Below are positions 7,780-16,883 of a stretch of DNA of 22,166 bases, in pieces. The notes below the pieces were generated by a model. That model was not told the origin of the DNA and made no database searches. It saw only the letters and a program-made list of their open reading frames with translations. Source of the DNA: a virus; the UHGV virus genome UHGV-0117806, one strand, 5' to 3'. The position numbers and the translations under genes are program-made. Position 1 is the first letter of the stretch. Each line of letters starts with the position of its first letter.

Positions 7780-8739
7780 TCACTCCGGCGCATCCAGCCA
7801 ATTATTAATGGCGTCTATTATTAAGTGTATATCTTCATGGTGATACAGATAAACGTCCAGTTTTTTGGCTGCTTGTCTGGCGTGAGGGGTAAACTCGCTG
7901 TTGCTGACTACTATTGCGAGGGAGCAATCGTAGAACTGTTTCGCGGAAAATGCTTCCTGAATAGCTTTGTTGCCTACTTTAGACTGGTAGTGTTTGCACT
8001 GAACAGCCATTCGAACTTCTCTATAGGTTACAAGGATATCCAGACCGTGATCGCCGCTGCCCTTAGTTACTTGGGTGTCGGATCCATACTTCATAAACTC
8101 CCCAGCGACAAAATGCTCATATTCGTGCCCGGTCAGTAGCGAAGTGTACTCAGGTAATTCAGGTTCTGGTGTATTGTCTACCACCGTCATAATGTGATTT
8201 ATTGCGCAGCGATCAAATTGTTCAGGCAACTGGAATTTAAAGTAAACTGGCCGCCCCCAGGCATTCTTGTCCTCCGACTCTGCCAACCAAAGGTTGTTGA
8301 GCCGGCCTGTGTTCTCTTCGATCCAATCGTAAACTTTCTCTTTTACTACCTTGTCATAAAAGTAGTCTACTTCATCAAACCACTTGTCAAAGTTCCAGAC
8401 CCCGTATTCATCCTGTGTTGTGAGTGTTTTTTCTTTTCTTTTCAAAGTGGTGAGATGCATTTCATAGAACTGAGGTAAAACTTTTATGAGTAGGTATGAA
8501 GTGAAGGCGCTTTGAATAAGCTTCTCTTTGGCTGACTTATAGTAAAAATCGTTACGATCGAACGCGCCGTTTTGCGTGATGTAGCTTCTAACTTCCATAT
8601 TTCGAAAAATGATATTGCGTGTTTTTTCCCATGCTTCATGTAGATCATTTTCAGCAACGAAGCTCATGACTTTCTGATAATGAGACTCCAAGCCCTCCCG
8701 GGCCTTAGTTTCTTCCGTTTTGAAAAGATTACCAAACAT
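7780..8739 (-). CDS. Mrr-like PD-(D/E)xK restriction-endonuclease-fold protein with unrecognised ~200-aa N-terminal domain
   Basis: C-terminal ~110 aa match the Mrr_cat pattern: GHEYEHFVAGEF…GSGDHGLDILV…VQCKHY…AIVVSNSEFTPHARQAA. N-terminal domain has no motif I recognise. Convergent with 7046-7744. Confidence 0.85.
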   Translation of the reverse strand: MFGNLFKTEETKAREGLESHYQKVMSFVAENDLHEAWEKTRNIIFRNMEVRSYITQNGAFDRNDFYYKSAKEKLIQSAFTSYLLIKVLPQFYEMHLTTLKRKEKTLTTQDEYGVWNFDKWFDEVDYFYDKVVKEKVYDWIEENTGRLNNLWLAESEDKNAWGRPVYFKFQLPEQFDRCAINHIMTVVDNTPEPELPEYTSLLTGHEYEHFVAGEFMKYGSDTQVTKGSGDHGLDILVTYREVRMAVQCKHYQSKVGNKAIQEAFSAKQFYDCSLAIVVSNSEFTPHARQAAKKLDVYLYHHEDIHLIIDAINNWLDAPE

Positions 8740-8912
8740 TTTGCTCTCTCTTAGGGACTGACGTCTGAATAGAACTTCGGCAATGAGAACATTCTGCTAT
8801 GAATGCCACTTTAAATAAATGTCTGGTATGCCTGATTTTTCCTTTTGCGTGTCTTTTCGCCTTAATGCAACTCTTCACATCATCATAGAATTTGAGACAA
8901 TTAAACAATTAA

Positions 8913-8930
8913 GAAAACAACTTGTTTAAA
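8913..8930 (+). promoter_or_regulatory. palindromic operator-like motif (AAAACAA-C-TTGTTTAAA) 18 nt upstream of ATG 8948
   Basis: Member of the recurring AAAACAA-N(1-3)-TTGTTT family (see findings). Confidence 0.5.
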
Positions 8931-8947
8931 AGAATAAGGAAGAGCGC

Positions 8948-9526
8948 ATGTGTGAAAAATGCAAAAAAACTAATGCCAAAGTTGAAAGCGTGATTAAAAA
9001 AGTTGGTGCGGCCGAACTGGTTGAGATCATGGGTCTTGTGGTTGGTCACGAAGACGACGCCTCCCCTATTGACCGCCTTTTCAGCGTTCTCAAGTTCTCA
9101 AGCATGATTGATGATCCGATTGAAATTGTGATGCTGGCGCGTCATTTCGGCGAAGCGTATCTGGAAGAGAAAGAACGCGCCGACAAACTTAAGGCAACTC
9201 TGGAAATGGTAAGCAAGCCGAAGTGCTCACCGGATTCAGTCAAGGCAGATGAAACCAACGCCAGCAAAGATCGTGAAATCGCCGGGCTGAAGTCTTCTCT
9301 GGCGATGTTGCTGGCCGCTTTCAAACTGATGTCTTCCCAGGCTGGGTTCAAAATGCCTGAGCTGAACAGCGACGATCCGATGGCCCTTCGCCAGCTGTTG
9401 GGGGCAATGGCCGACCAGCTTGACGACACCAAGAGCCGTCTTGAAGACATGATGCGCGAGCTGACCCATCGCCACGACCTGAACAAACAGCCGCAGCCGC
9501 AAAAGATGCAGCCTTTACATCATTAA
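8948..9526 (+). CDS. hypothetical protein (192 aa)
   Basis: AAGGAAG then ATG 8948; preceded by the palindrome motif; followed by hairpin GGGGC-aaa-GCCCC (9534-9546). Confidence 0.7.
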   Translation: MCEKCKKTNAKVESVIKKVGAAELVEIMGLVVGHEDDASPIDRLFSVLKFSSMIDDPIEIVMLARHFGEAYLEEKERADKLKATLEMVSKPKCSPDSVKADETNASKDREIAGLKSSLAMLLAAFKLMSSQAGFKMPELNSDDPMALRQLLGAMADQLDDTKSRLEDMMRELTHRHDLNKQPQPQKMQPLHH

Positions 9527-9551
9527 TATATATGGGGCAAAGCCCCCTACT

Positions 9552-9971
9552 CTACTTTGCGGCGTCTAACAATAAGCCGCAATTTTCGCTCATGTATGCC
9601 GCAGTTGCCGGATTGCCTCTGTCATTATTCGAATTGTTCATTTCAGGGTGAGCGTCCCAGGCCACTGATTCCTGAGATGATAGATAGACGGCAAAGTCGA
9701 CGATTTCATCATCTCCGGTTTTAACGTTGCCAAGCAATTCATTTGCCTTTCTCCAGTGCTTCAGCGCGAGAATTCTGAACTGTTTTGCATTTTCAGCAGG
9801 CACTGCACTGGATTTGTCTGTGTAGATATTCGATATGTCGGCATAAAGAGCGCATTTAACATAGCTGGTTGCCCTGCCGGTCTCTTTAAAACCTTGCTCT
9901 GTGTTGTTGGCGTAGACATTCACAGCAAAAGCGCTGGCAATTCCCAGCAATATAATTTTCTTCATCATCAT
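9552..9971 (-). CDS. secreted protein with signal peptide (139 aa)
   Basis: N-terminus MMMKKIILLGIASAFAVNVYA is signal-peptide-like; no SD seen and exact start among three ATGs is uncertain. Confidence 0.55.
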   Translation of the reverse strand: MMMKKIILLGIASAFAVNVYANNTEQGFKETGRATSYVKCALYADISNIYTDKSSAVPAENAKQFRILALKHWRKANELLGNVKTGDDEIVDFAVYLSSQESVAWDAHPEMNNSNNDRGNPATAAYMSENCGLLLDAAK

Positions 9972-10096
9972 TACTCAATAAGGAGGCGACAAATATCTTA
10001 CGTGTAGTTGTCAGTTGAGTATTAAGCAAACTCAATAAACTTATAAGTATCTCCCTGTGCAGCTTGTGAATCCTTATTTATTACCTACTCAATTTT

Positions 10097-10130
10097 GAAA
10101 TAATAACACCAACAAAAAAACAATTTGTTT
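10097..10130 (+). promoter_or_regulatory. conserved promoter-operator module (TGaAATAAT extended -10-like box + AAACAATTTGTTT palindrome 10118-10130)
   Basis: gaaATAATAACACCAACAAaaAAACAATTTGTTT, 12 nt upstream of ATG 10143. Confidence 0.55.
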
Positions 10131-10142
10131 AATGGTGCAATC

Positions 10143-11828
10143 ATGAATACAGCCCTTTCCATCATTGACGCTATCACTCCAAACACTGATATCGACTACC
10201 GGCAGGAAATGAACGTTATCCACGAAATTGTGGCCGAGTGCGAGAAAGAGATCGCATTCATGCATCAGGTTCACGACTTCGTTTATGGCGACGAACGCCA
10301 CAGCATGATTAACCGCCTGCTGCGACTCAACCACCGGCCGGATGACGAGCGCACACGCTTTAACAGAGCCTGGTTGGACAAAGTCGACCTGGAATGGGTG
10401 AAACAGAACATCTGGGCTGAATACTGGAAGAAGGTCACGGATATGACCAACGTTCTGCTGATCATGCCAGCATCCCGCCGCGACGAGTGGCGTGAACAGT
10501 TTATCGAGGGCAAGCAGGAAACGATCAAGACTGACAGAACTGGCTATCAAATGAAGGTTAAAGAGTTCGTTGGTGTACCTGAGTTCAAAGCAGAAACGGT
10601 CATACCAACGATGCTTAATTTGCTGAATGACAGGCACAAATATCTCTCTGAGCGCGTGTATGGCTTGTTTAAGGCGTTGAGTCCTGCTCACAAGACCAAT
10701 AAGACGAACGGCTTCAGCGAGCGTCTGATCATCGCCGACTGCATTTCCGATTTCTGGCGGGACAGCGTCAGCGTTAACTACCGGAAAGAGGATTACATAG
10801 ACGACCTGCGCGTCATGTTGCATTTCTTTGCACACAAAGAATTTATCACCATCAACCGCACGGCCGAGATGCTGTCAGCTGCGTATCGAGCAAATGACTG
10901 CCAGACCGGCGACTGGATGAATGTCGACGGAAACCTGATGCGTGTGAAGATGTTTAAGAACGGCAACGTTCACTTTGAAATACATCCTGACGTAGCCTGG
11001 AAGCTGAATGAGGTGCTGGCTTACAGTATGCCTGCAGCAATCCCGGCGCCATGCCGTACTGCACCCAAAACACGGGCACCAAAAGAGTTCGGGTTAATCC
11101 AGAAGACGATCTCCGAGCCGGTTCGTACCGCGCTGCGCAACGGGCGATTCAGCAAAGATAAAGGCGTCTGGTACTTCTCTGATTCCAACCTCCAGAAGTC
11201 GCAGGTGGAAGAGCTTGAGCGCACACTGAACTTCATTGGCGGCGTGCAGGAGAAAAGGCACTGGCAGTTCCCGTATGAGATCGGCCATACGCTCAATACG
11301 ATTGTGGCCACCGGCTTAATACCGGATACAAAATCACACCAGTTCTACCCTACCCCGCGTTTGATAGCGGAGTACGTTGCCAGAGCCATCGAGCTGAAGC
11401 AAGGTGAGAAGCTGCTGGAGCCTGAAGCCGGGCGCGGAGATCTGCTGGCCTGCATCGACGCCAATCCGGAAGACGTTACCTGCATAGAAGTCGCACCTCT
11501 CTTCGCTGATATCCTGCTTGGCAAGGGGTACACAAATACGGTCTGCTGCGACTTCATGAAGTGGTCTGAGGTCAACGCAGGTTATCAGTTCGACAAAATC
11601 GTTATGAACCCGTCCTACTCTCTTGACCGTCACAGAGAGCATACGCTGGCCGCGCTGGAGCATCTTAAAGTCGGCGGGCGACTGGTGGCTGTATTGCCGG
11701 GTGATGCGCCAGTTCTGAACTGGATGTCGCTGGATAATTACGTTTATGCCAAAGGGAAGTCGTTTACTGACGAGTTTGAAGACACCGGAATCACTGTCAG
11801 CGTATACGTTTTCAAACGTGTAAAATGA
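10143..11828 (+). CDS. putative orphan DNA amino-methyltransferase with ~380-aa unrecognised N-terminal region (561 aa)
   Basis: C-terminal motifs in gamma-class order: FYPTP (motif X), LEPEAGRGDLL (motif I, SAM-binding), VCCDF, IVMNPSYS (motif IV variant NPSY). ATG 10143 in frame with track ORF 10125..11828. Confidence 0.8.
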   Translation: MNTALSIIDAITPNTDIDYRQEMNVIHEIVAECEKEIAFMHQVHDFVYGDERHSMINRLLRLNHRPDDERTRFNRAWLDKVDLEWVKQNIWAEYWKKVTDMTNVLLIMPASRRDEWREQFIEGKQETIKTDRTGYQMKVKEFVGVPEFKAETVIPTMLNLLNDRHKYLSERVYGLFKALSPAHKTNKTNGFSERLIIADCISDFWRDSVSVNYRKEDYIDDLRVMLHFFAHKEFITINRTAEMLSAAYRANDCQTGDWMNVDGNLMRVKMFKNGNVHFEIHPDVAWKLNEVLAYSMPAAIPAPCRTAPKTRAPKEFGLIQKTISEPVRTALRNGRFSKDKGVWYFSDSNLQKSQVEELERTLNFIGGVQEKRHWQFPYEIGHTLNTIVATGLIPDTKSHQFYPTPRLIAEYVARAIELKQGEKLLEPEAGRGDLLACIDANPEDVTCIEVAPLFADILLGKGYTNTVCCDFMKWSEVNAGYQFDKIVMNPSYSLDRHREHTLAALEHLKVGGRLVAVLPGDAPVLNWMSLDNYVYAKGKSFTDEFEDTGITVSVYVFKRVK

Positions 11829-11886
11829 TAGGTAAATACTTACCTAATTTATGTAAGAATAGAGCCACTTTATCAGAGGTAAACAC

Positions 11887-12576
11887 ATGAGCGAAAAATC
11901 GAGAATTACATTCGCCAGCGTTGATCAGGCGAAGCTGCCATTTAATTTAGTGCTACAGGGGAATGCAGGCGCGCCTGCCGGAACCATCAAAATCGACAAG
12001 GAGCTTGTGACGTTCGAAGGTAACTTTGATGAATCGGCGCAGGTTTTTATCGACCATCTGGCACGCCGTTGGAGCCAGCAGTGGAGAGACCTTGAGAAAT
12101 GCGCCAATGAGTTTGACCGGTTCATGGACGCAATGGACACAGCAAAAGAGGCTCTGGCTGCCGGCACTCCGTTAGATTTGGAGTCTCTGTTTAAAGGTGA
12201 AATGGCCTCTGCGATGTTCGCAACCATGTTTGCCGGTGAGTTTGTTCGTAGCGGGGCCAGAAACTACCTGGAGCTGGAGTACGACGTTCCTGAAATGGGT
12301 GAGTTTACCGTCACCATTCAACGCAAAGAAGGTAAGACTCCTGGCGAACGTATCGCTGAACTTGAGGCCGTTGTGGATCAGCGTAACGGCGAGTGCGTCC
12401 GTTTGATTAATGAACGTGATGCGCTGCGCGAAGAGCAGCTAAACAAAGGCTCGAACACACGCGCGGCCGCAGACATCTACTTCCAGTTGGTTGAGGAATG
12501 CCAGATCCCGCCAGGTGGCTCTTTGGTCGAGTTCGTTCGCGAATTGCAGGAGAAAGCAGAGAGGTGCGCGGCATGA
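11887..12576 (+). CDS. hypothetical protein (229 aa)
   Basis: ATG 11887, 58 nt after the methyltransferase stop; intergenic near-palindrome AGGTAAATACTTACCT (11830-11845). Confidence 0.7.
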   Translation: MSEKSRITFASVDQAKLPFNLVLQGNAGAPAGTIKIDKELVTFEGNFDESAQVFIDHLARRWSQQWRDLEKCANEFDRFMDAMDTAKEALAAGTPLDLESLFKGEMASAMFATMFAGEFVRSGARNYLELEYDVPEMGEFTVTIQRKEGKTPGERIAELEAVVDQRNGECVRLINERDALREEQLNKGSNTRAAADIYFQLVEECQIPPGGSLVEFVRELQEKAERCAA

Positions 12577-12812
12577 ATGATCTGCTTGTCGAGCGAGTCT
12601 CCGCTTTTGTTAAGTCCCCGCTGAATAATCCCCTCACCCGCGGTGAGCAGATGGAGCTGGCAAGGTGGTTTCTGCGTATCCATGAGCAGATGGAAGTTTT
12701 TAAACAGTTGCCGGATCTGCCCATTACAGACGGCCAAATTCAGTGTGCCACTTCAGTACGGTCGACGATGACAACGACGCAAACCTGCTTTTCGTCAAAT
12801 CCGAAATCATAA
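12573..12812 (+). CDS. hypothetical small protein (79 aa)
   Basis: ATG 12573 overlaps stop of 11887..12576 (ATGA). C-terminal ~20 residues look low-complexity, so a frameshift or shorter product is possible. Confidence 0.45.
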   Translation: MNDLLVERVSAFVKSPLNNPLTRGEQMELARWFLRIHEQMEVFKQLPDLPITDGQIQCATSVRSTMTTTQTCFSSNPKS

Positions 12813-12858
12813 AGTTGCCCAGGGAGAGAGAGAAATCGACGCAGAGCAGGCCCGCAAT

Positions 12859-13074
12859 ATGTGGGACGAGGCAGAAAACGCTGATGACGTAAAAGAAAGT
12901 TGCTGCTGTTTCGGTGTCGGTAACGAACTGCTGAGTCTGTTTGGTGACGATCCGTGGTATGCCGGTTGGCCAACAGTGCCAAACCCCAGATACCAATACC
13001 TAGAACGTATCATGAACGCGGTACGTGATGGGCTGAAAGAGCTTCACAATCAGATGAGAGAAGCAATTGGTTAA
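12859..13074 (+). CDS. hypothetical small protein (71 aa)
   Basis: ATG 12859 with weak SD; frame is open upstream to 12772 without an alternative start. Confidence 0.4.
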   Translation: MWDEAENADDVKESCCCFGVGNELLSLFGDDPWYAGWPTVPNPRYQYLERIMNAVRDGLKELHNQMREAIG

Positions 13075-13112
13075 GTGCTATAGTCAGGCGCTTTTATATT
13101 TATGGAGTGAAT

Positions 13113-13811
13113 ATGAAAAATATCCTACTGGCATCATTGTTGGTGGCATCGCCGGCTGTATTTGCAGCCAGCTTTGACTGCCAAAAGGCTTCGGCAGAAA
13201 TCGAACACAAAATCTGCGATAACGAACGCCTGTCAAAATTAGACGAACAACTTAGCTCTACCTATTCCAACGCACTCAAAGCAAACCCGGGGGACGCAGA
13301 CGCCTTAAAGACGGTTCAGCGTCAATGGGTAAGTATGCGTGGAAAACTCACTGGTGATAAGGCTCTGGAGTTGGCTTATCTAATCCAAATTAATGGCCTC
13401 AAGAGTTTGGATGGTTCGGCCAGCACTGCGGTGGTCAATGAGACACCAAAGCCTGTGCAGAAACAGCCTGAAGTTCAGGAAAAGACAAGCAAGGCAGACA
13501 CAAAGCAGGCTGAGAGCGGTAAAAAGCTAACTCTGGAGTCATTCCGAGCTAAGTATATTGAAGTTGACGGTGAATACTACAGCACGACATCCCTTCCCAG
13601 AGGGAGTTCGTTCTTGTTCACCTGCGCAAGTCGTATCGCAGATGACCAGGTGAATATTTGGAAGAAGGTGGCAGCCAAAGAGGGCAAGATCGATCTCTTC
13701 TTTGAACTTGAGAATCGAATACATACCGCAATGCTGAATGCCAATTTTCAGAAGCTGAATAGTGATTTAACTAAAACAGGCATTTGCGATCTGATTACCG
13801 CTGTTCCGTAA
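13113..13811 (+). CDS. secreted DUF1311 / LprI-like protein (232 aa)
   Basis: GGAG 13104-13107 then ATG 13113; signal peptide MKNILLASLLVASPAVFA; DUF1311-type pattern C-x2-A-x4-E-x2-IC…L-x2-LD…QRQWV. Confidence 0.7.
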   Translation: MKNILLASLLVASPAVFAASFDCQKASAEIEHKICDNERLSKLDEQLSSTYSNALKANPGDADALKTVQRQWVSMRGKLTGDKALELAYLIQINGLKSLDGSASTAVVNETPKPVQKQPEVQEKTSKADTKQAESGKKLTLESFRAKYIEVDGEYYSTTSLPRGSSFLFTCASRIADDQVNIWKKVAAKEGKIDLFFELENRIHTAMLNANFQKLNSDLTKTGICDLITAVP

Positions 13812-13818
13812 GCCAGAT

Positions 13819-13840
13819 AAGGCCACTAGTTGTGGCCTTA
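13819..13840. terminator. bidirectional hairpin AAGGCCAC-tagtt-GTGGCCTT
   Basis: Sits between convergent genes 13113..13811 (+) and 13867..14070 (-); immediately followed by palindrome AAACAATTTGTTT (13840-13852). Confidence 0.55.
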
Positions 13841-13866
13841 AACAATTTGTTTTATAGATGGTGAAA

Positions 13867-14070
13867 TTAATAGAACCCCAGGCGAACCAAATCCATTGGG
13901 CAGAATAGACCTTCCACACCTTCGATAGACACGCAGTCAGAGCGGCGTAATTGTTCTTCTGATTTGCCTTCTCCGCAGATTTCCTTGATGACTCCCGTTG
14001 CACCATTCGTTGCCACCATCACTCGGCTGCCGGTAGTGATAGCGTTACGGTTGCGATCATAGGTCTTCAT
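13867..14070 (-). CDS. hypothetical small protein (67 aa)
   Basis: Strong SD on minus strand (AAGGAGG, 5 nt before ATG at 14070). Confidence 0.65.
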   Translation of the reverse strand: MKTYDRNRNAITTGSRVMVATNGATGVIKEICGEGKSEEQLRRSDCVSIEGVEGLFCPMDLVRLGFY

Positions 14071-14154
14071 CGTTTCCTCCTTTCACATGGGTCAAATCAG
14101 GTTTCAAAAATTGCCGTTTTCCATGTAGGTGCGATTTGCAAAATCTCAAGTGCC

Positions 14155-14169
14155 AAAACAAATTGTTTT
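14155..14169. promoter_or_regulatory. perfect 15-bp palindrome AAAACAAATTGTTTT in divergent intergenic region
   Basis: Same motif family as upstream of the small-gene array; about 85 nt from minus-strand ATG 14070 and 89 nt from plus-strand ATG 14258. Confidence 0.5.
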
Positions 14170-14223
14170 CACCATCTTGTTATTCAATTAACCCGTAAAG
14201 TTGACCAGTACCGTAATAAATAA

Positions 14224-14243
14224 TACTGTTTATATGTACAGTA
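14224..14243 (+). promoter_or_regulatory. LexA (SOS) box overlapping a sigma70-like promoter
   Basis: TACTGTTTATATGTACAGTA matches CTGT-N8-ACAG. TTGACC (14201-14206) + 17-bp spacer + TACTGT places the box over the -10; 15 nt upstream of ATG 14258. Confidence 0.65.
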
Positions 14244-14257
14244 TTGCGAGGCGAGCA

Positions 14258-14524
14258 ATGGGCAGCAAGAATTCTAAATATGTGATCGTCTATAGGGGCG
14301 AAGCACTCAAGCACCTAATACCCGGACAGTTCGTTTTCTTCCAACGTGAAAAAGAATACGGTGGGGGGTTCTGGCTTGGTAAAACGCATGAGGATGGGTT
14401 CGAATTTGTGCTGGAGCAACCCACTTCACTAAGTTACGGGCTTGCGTATCTGATCAGATTGTCGAGTGTCGAAGCCAGGTATATGGAGTTTGTTGATGAC
14501 ATAGACGACTTCAAACTCACCTAG
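14258..14524 (+). CDS. hypothetical SOS-box-associated small protein (88 aa)
   Basis: GAGG 14247-14250 then ATG 14258; track ORF 14201..14524 begins at a TTG that is the putative -35. Confidence 0.6.
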   Translation: MGSKNSKYVIVYRGEALKHLIPGQFVFFQREKEYGGGFWLGKTHEDGFEFVLEQPTSLSYGLAYLIRLSSVEARYMEFVDDIDDFKLT

Positions 14525-14564
14525 TCATCCCTTAAACATTTTGTTTTCTACCTTTTGTTATTTG

Positions 14565-14597
14565 AGATAATAACACAAATAAGAAAACAAATTGTTT
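14565..14597 (+). promoter_or_regulatory. conserved promoter-operator module (TGaGATAAT + AAAACAAATTGTTT)
   Basis: gaGATAATAACACAAATAAGAAAACAAATTGTTT then AAGGAG and ATG 14610; a second degenerate palindrome AAACATTTTGTTT lies at 14534-14546. Confidence 0.55.
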
Positions 14598-14609
14598 AAG
14601 GAGTTGATC

Positions 14610-14846
14610 ATGTTCGGAACCGCAAAAGACATCATCGAAAAGCTGGAGAACTACCCAGAAGATGAGCCGCTGCTGATGGTGATGTGGCACAAGGAAGATG
14701 TAGGTGAAGTGCGACCAGACCTGACTGACGAACAGTGCGTTCAGGTTTTGCGAAAAATCAAAGAGTGCCATGACACCAGCGTCGGCGTGAATTGGGATGT
14801 CATTTCTGACACGGCCAACATACTGTTTCCAAAGGAGAAGGCATGA
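14610..14846 (+). CDS. hypothetical small acidic protein (78 aa)
   Basis: AAGGAG 14598-14603 then ATG 14610; stop overlaps next start. Confidence 0.7.
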   Translation: MFGTAKDIIEKLENYPEDEPLLMVMWHKEDVGEVRPDLTDEQCVQVLRKIKECHDTSVGVNWDVISDTANILFPKEKA

Positions 14847-15163
14847 TGCTGAAAATCACCGAATCGTATAAGACGGCGGTGATCAGCACCGCCCACGTAA
14901 CGGCAGCGGATTCAGAACGGCTACCCATTGCCTGCTTCGACCCACTTACTGATCGCGGGTTGAATTGGGTACACGGTACACAGTACGGCTGGATTGTTCG
15001 TGCTGGAATGCGAGGGAATGACTGGAAGGAAGAACTGCGTGAGTACGGCATTTCCCAAGAGGCGATCTCCAACATACAGACCATACTGGATGACGGCTTT
15101 GACGTGGTTCACTTCGATTGCGACGCCGAGCTGGTGGATGGGCTACCTGCATGGGAATGGTGA
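14843..15163 (+). CDS. hypothetical acidic protein (106 aa), coupled
   Basis: AAAGGAGAAGGC then ATG 14843 overlapping upstream stop (ATGA). Confidence 0.7.
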   Translation: MMLKITESYKTAVISTAHVTAADSERLPIACFDPLTDRGLNWVHGTQYGWIVRAGMRGNDWKEELREYGISQEAISNIQTILDDGFDVVHFDCDAELVDGLPAWEW

Positions 15164-15239
15164 TCGCCCACTCGTTGAGTAATCATGTCATATAAGCGAA
15201 GAAAATTGGTAACATAGTACCGCTTTTTAATCTGATGGA

Positions 15240-15809
15240 ATGGATGTGATGGAAACCCAGAACCAACAAACAAAACCTCTGAATAATGCTTATGCGTGGC
15301 TTCTAGCTTTACTGCCTCTCTTCTTTGGAGCACCGCCAGATGAGTATTTGAATTATGCAATAGTGATAGGTGGAGTCGCTGGACTCGGCTTTCTGGTGGC
15401 TGACAGAATGGCATTGTCTGATGCAGGGTATGAACCACCGGCCATCCTGTGGGGAGTATTTCTCCTTCCGGTCTATCTCTGGAAACGTGCCACCGTTACA
15501 AAAGGCAGTCGACTTCCTTTTATCGTAATCGTCGCGTTGCTTGCTGGTAACATCTTCATCGGTATCACACACCAGGAAGAGGTTGCTCTTGAAGAAGCGG
15601 CTTGTCCTCTCGTAACGACCATTCTGAAAGAGAATAACGGAACCACAGCGCCGAAATGTATGAAGGTGACAATTCAGGACAAGGTGACGGACAAGTTCTA
15701 TAAAGCGACGGCTACGCTGGATAACGGCAACGACATAAACGTTACTCTGGAACTGACCGGCGAAAGAAACTTTTATGTGCGCGTTCCGGATGCCTATCTG
15801 AACAACTAA
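15240..15809 (+). CDS. hypothetical membrane protein (189 aa; start 15240 or 15249)
   Basis: Two or three hydrophobic segments near the N-terminus (AYAWLLALLPLFFGA, AIVIGGVAGLGFLVA, ILWGVFLLPVYLW) then a soluble C-terminal domain. Confidence 0.6.
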   Translation: MDVMETQNQQTKPLNNAYAWLLALLPLFFGAPPDEYLNYAIVIGGVAGLGFLVADRMALSDAGYEPPAILWGVFLLPVYLWKRATVTKGSRLPFIVIVALLAGNIFIGITHQEEVALEEAACPLVTTILKENNGTTAPKCMKVTIQDKVTDKFYKATATLDNGNDINVTLELTGERNFYVRVPDAYLNN

Positions 15810-16883
15810 CGGCTGCAGCTCGTTGATATTGGCGGTCACAAATTGAGGATTTCTATAAGAGTCCGTTGATCGCCACTTTCCCCACCACCCTACCCCACTC
15901 AATCCCAGGCGTGACAAGGCATTTAAGCCAATTACACCCATAAGAAAACAAATAAATAACACATCAACGTAAAGTCAACGCTTTCCCCTGATTTGGTCTA
16001 AAAAGTTGATGTTTTCGCACGCCATCTCTTATACCCAAATCCAGCGTACCAGAATCCATCTCCCTGCGACCAAAACGTCAAAAACGACTCGTGATACCAC
16101 CCAAAAACAGACACGCTCAGAAGCGCTCCCGTTGCGTTATATTGGACATCTAAACAAGTTGTTTTCAGACACAAGAAAACAAGCTAACCACACCCACAGG
16201 AAACCCAGAGACGCCATTACCCACATTCCCAAAAACAACCAACCTCTTTATGGCAGGCTACTGAAAAGACCCACCTCTTCTTCCCAGGCTACCGGACAAC
16301 CAACCTAACTTTCACAGGCAACTCGAAACATTCATACATGCGATACCCACTATACGCCATTCCCCAAACAGCGAATAAACACCAGAACCACTGAAACTCT
16401 AACGAAGCCTGTTACCGCAAGGACTCCCTCAATCACCAAAGACACGAAACAGAACATTCGCGGGGAAACGCCATTACTCAATACACGAATAACCACAAAA
16501 GCCTTTCACGCTCTCAAGGTAAACAACTCAAATACAATAACGAAAGGAATCGCCCACCTGCCATTACTCCATACACAGAGAAGAACAATCACCAAAACAA
16601 CGAGAACAACCCTGACGAAAACACAGAGATTAATCACCTCAAGAAGAACGAAACCACATACGCCGGTAGAGAGTACAACCCACCCATTTCACCCACAGGA
16701 ATAGTCGCCGTATTGAGCGTTATCAGAGAGAAGGTTTATACCCACATAAGAGAGAAAATTCGTGGGAGGTATAAGTGGGAAGGGAAGGAGGGGTATCGCC
16801 ACTTTCTTCGTATAAATTCAAGCCATAGTTTTCGTCCCCCGTAACGTCCCTATCCACCCCTTCGGTCAGCCTTCGGGCCATCC

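Noticed and set aside
7825-8478. Plus-strand ORFs 7825..8139 and 8194..8478
   Set aside because: Antisense to the Mrr-like nuclease gene, whose minus-strand frame carries the conserved catalytic motifs.
10089-10835. 248-aa minus-strand ORF
   Set aside because: Antisense to the N-terminal part of the methyltransferase gene; no SD; the plus-strand gene has a proper promoter module and start.
15309-15962. 217-aa minus-strand ORF
   Set aside because: Antisense to the membrane-protein gene 15240..15809; the plus frame gives clear hydrophobic helices, the minus frame does not.
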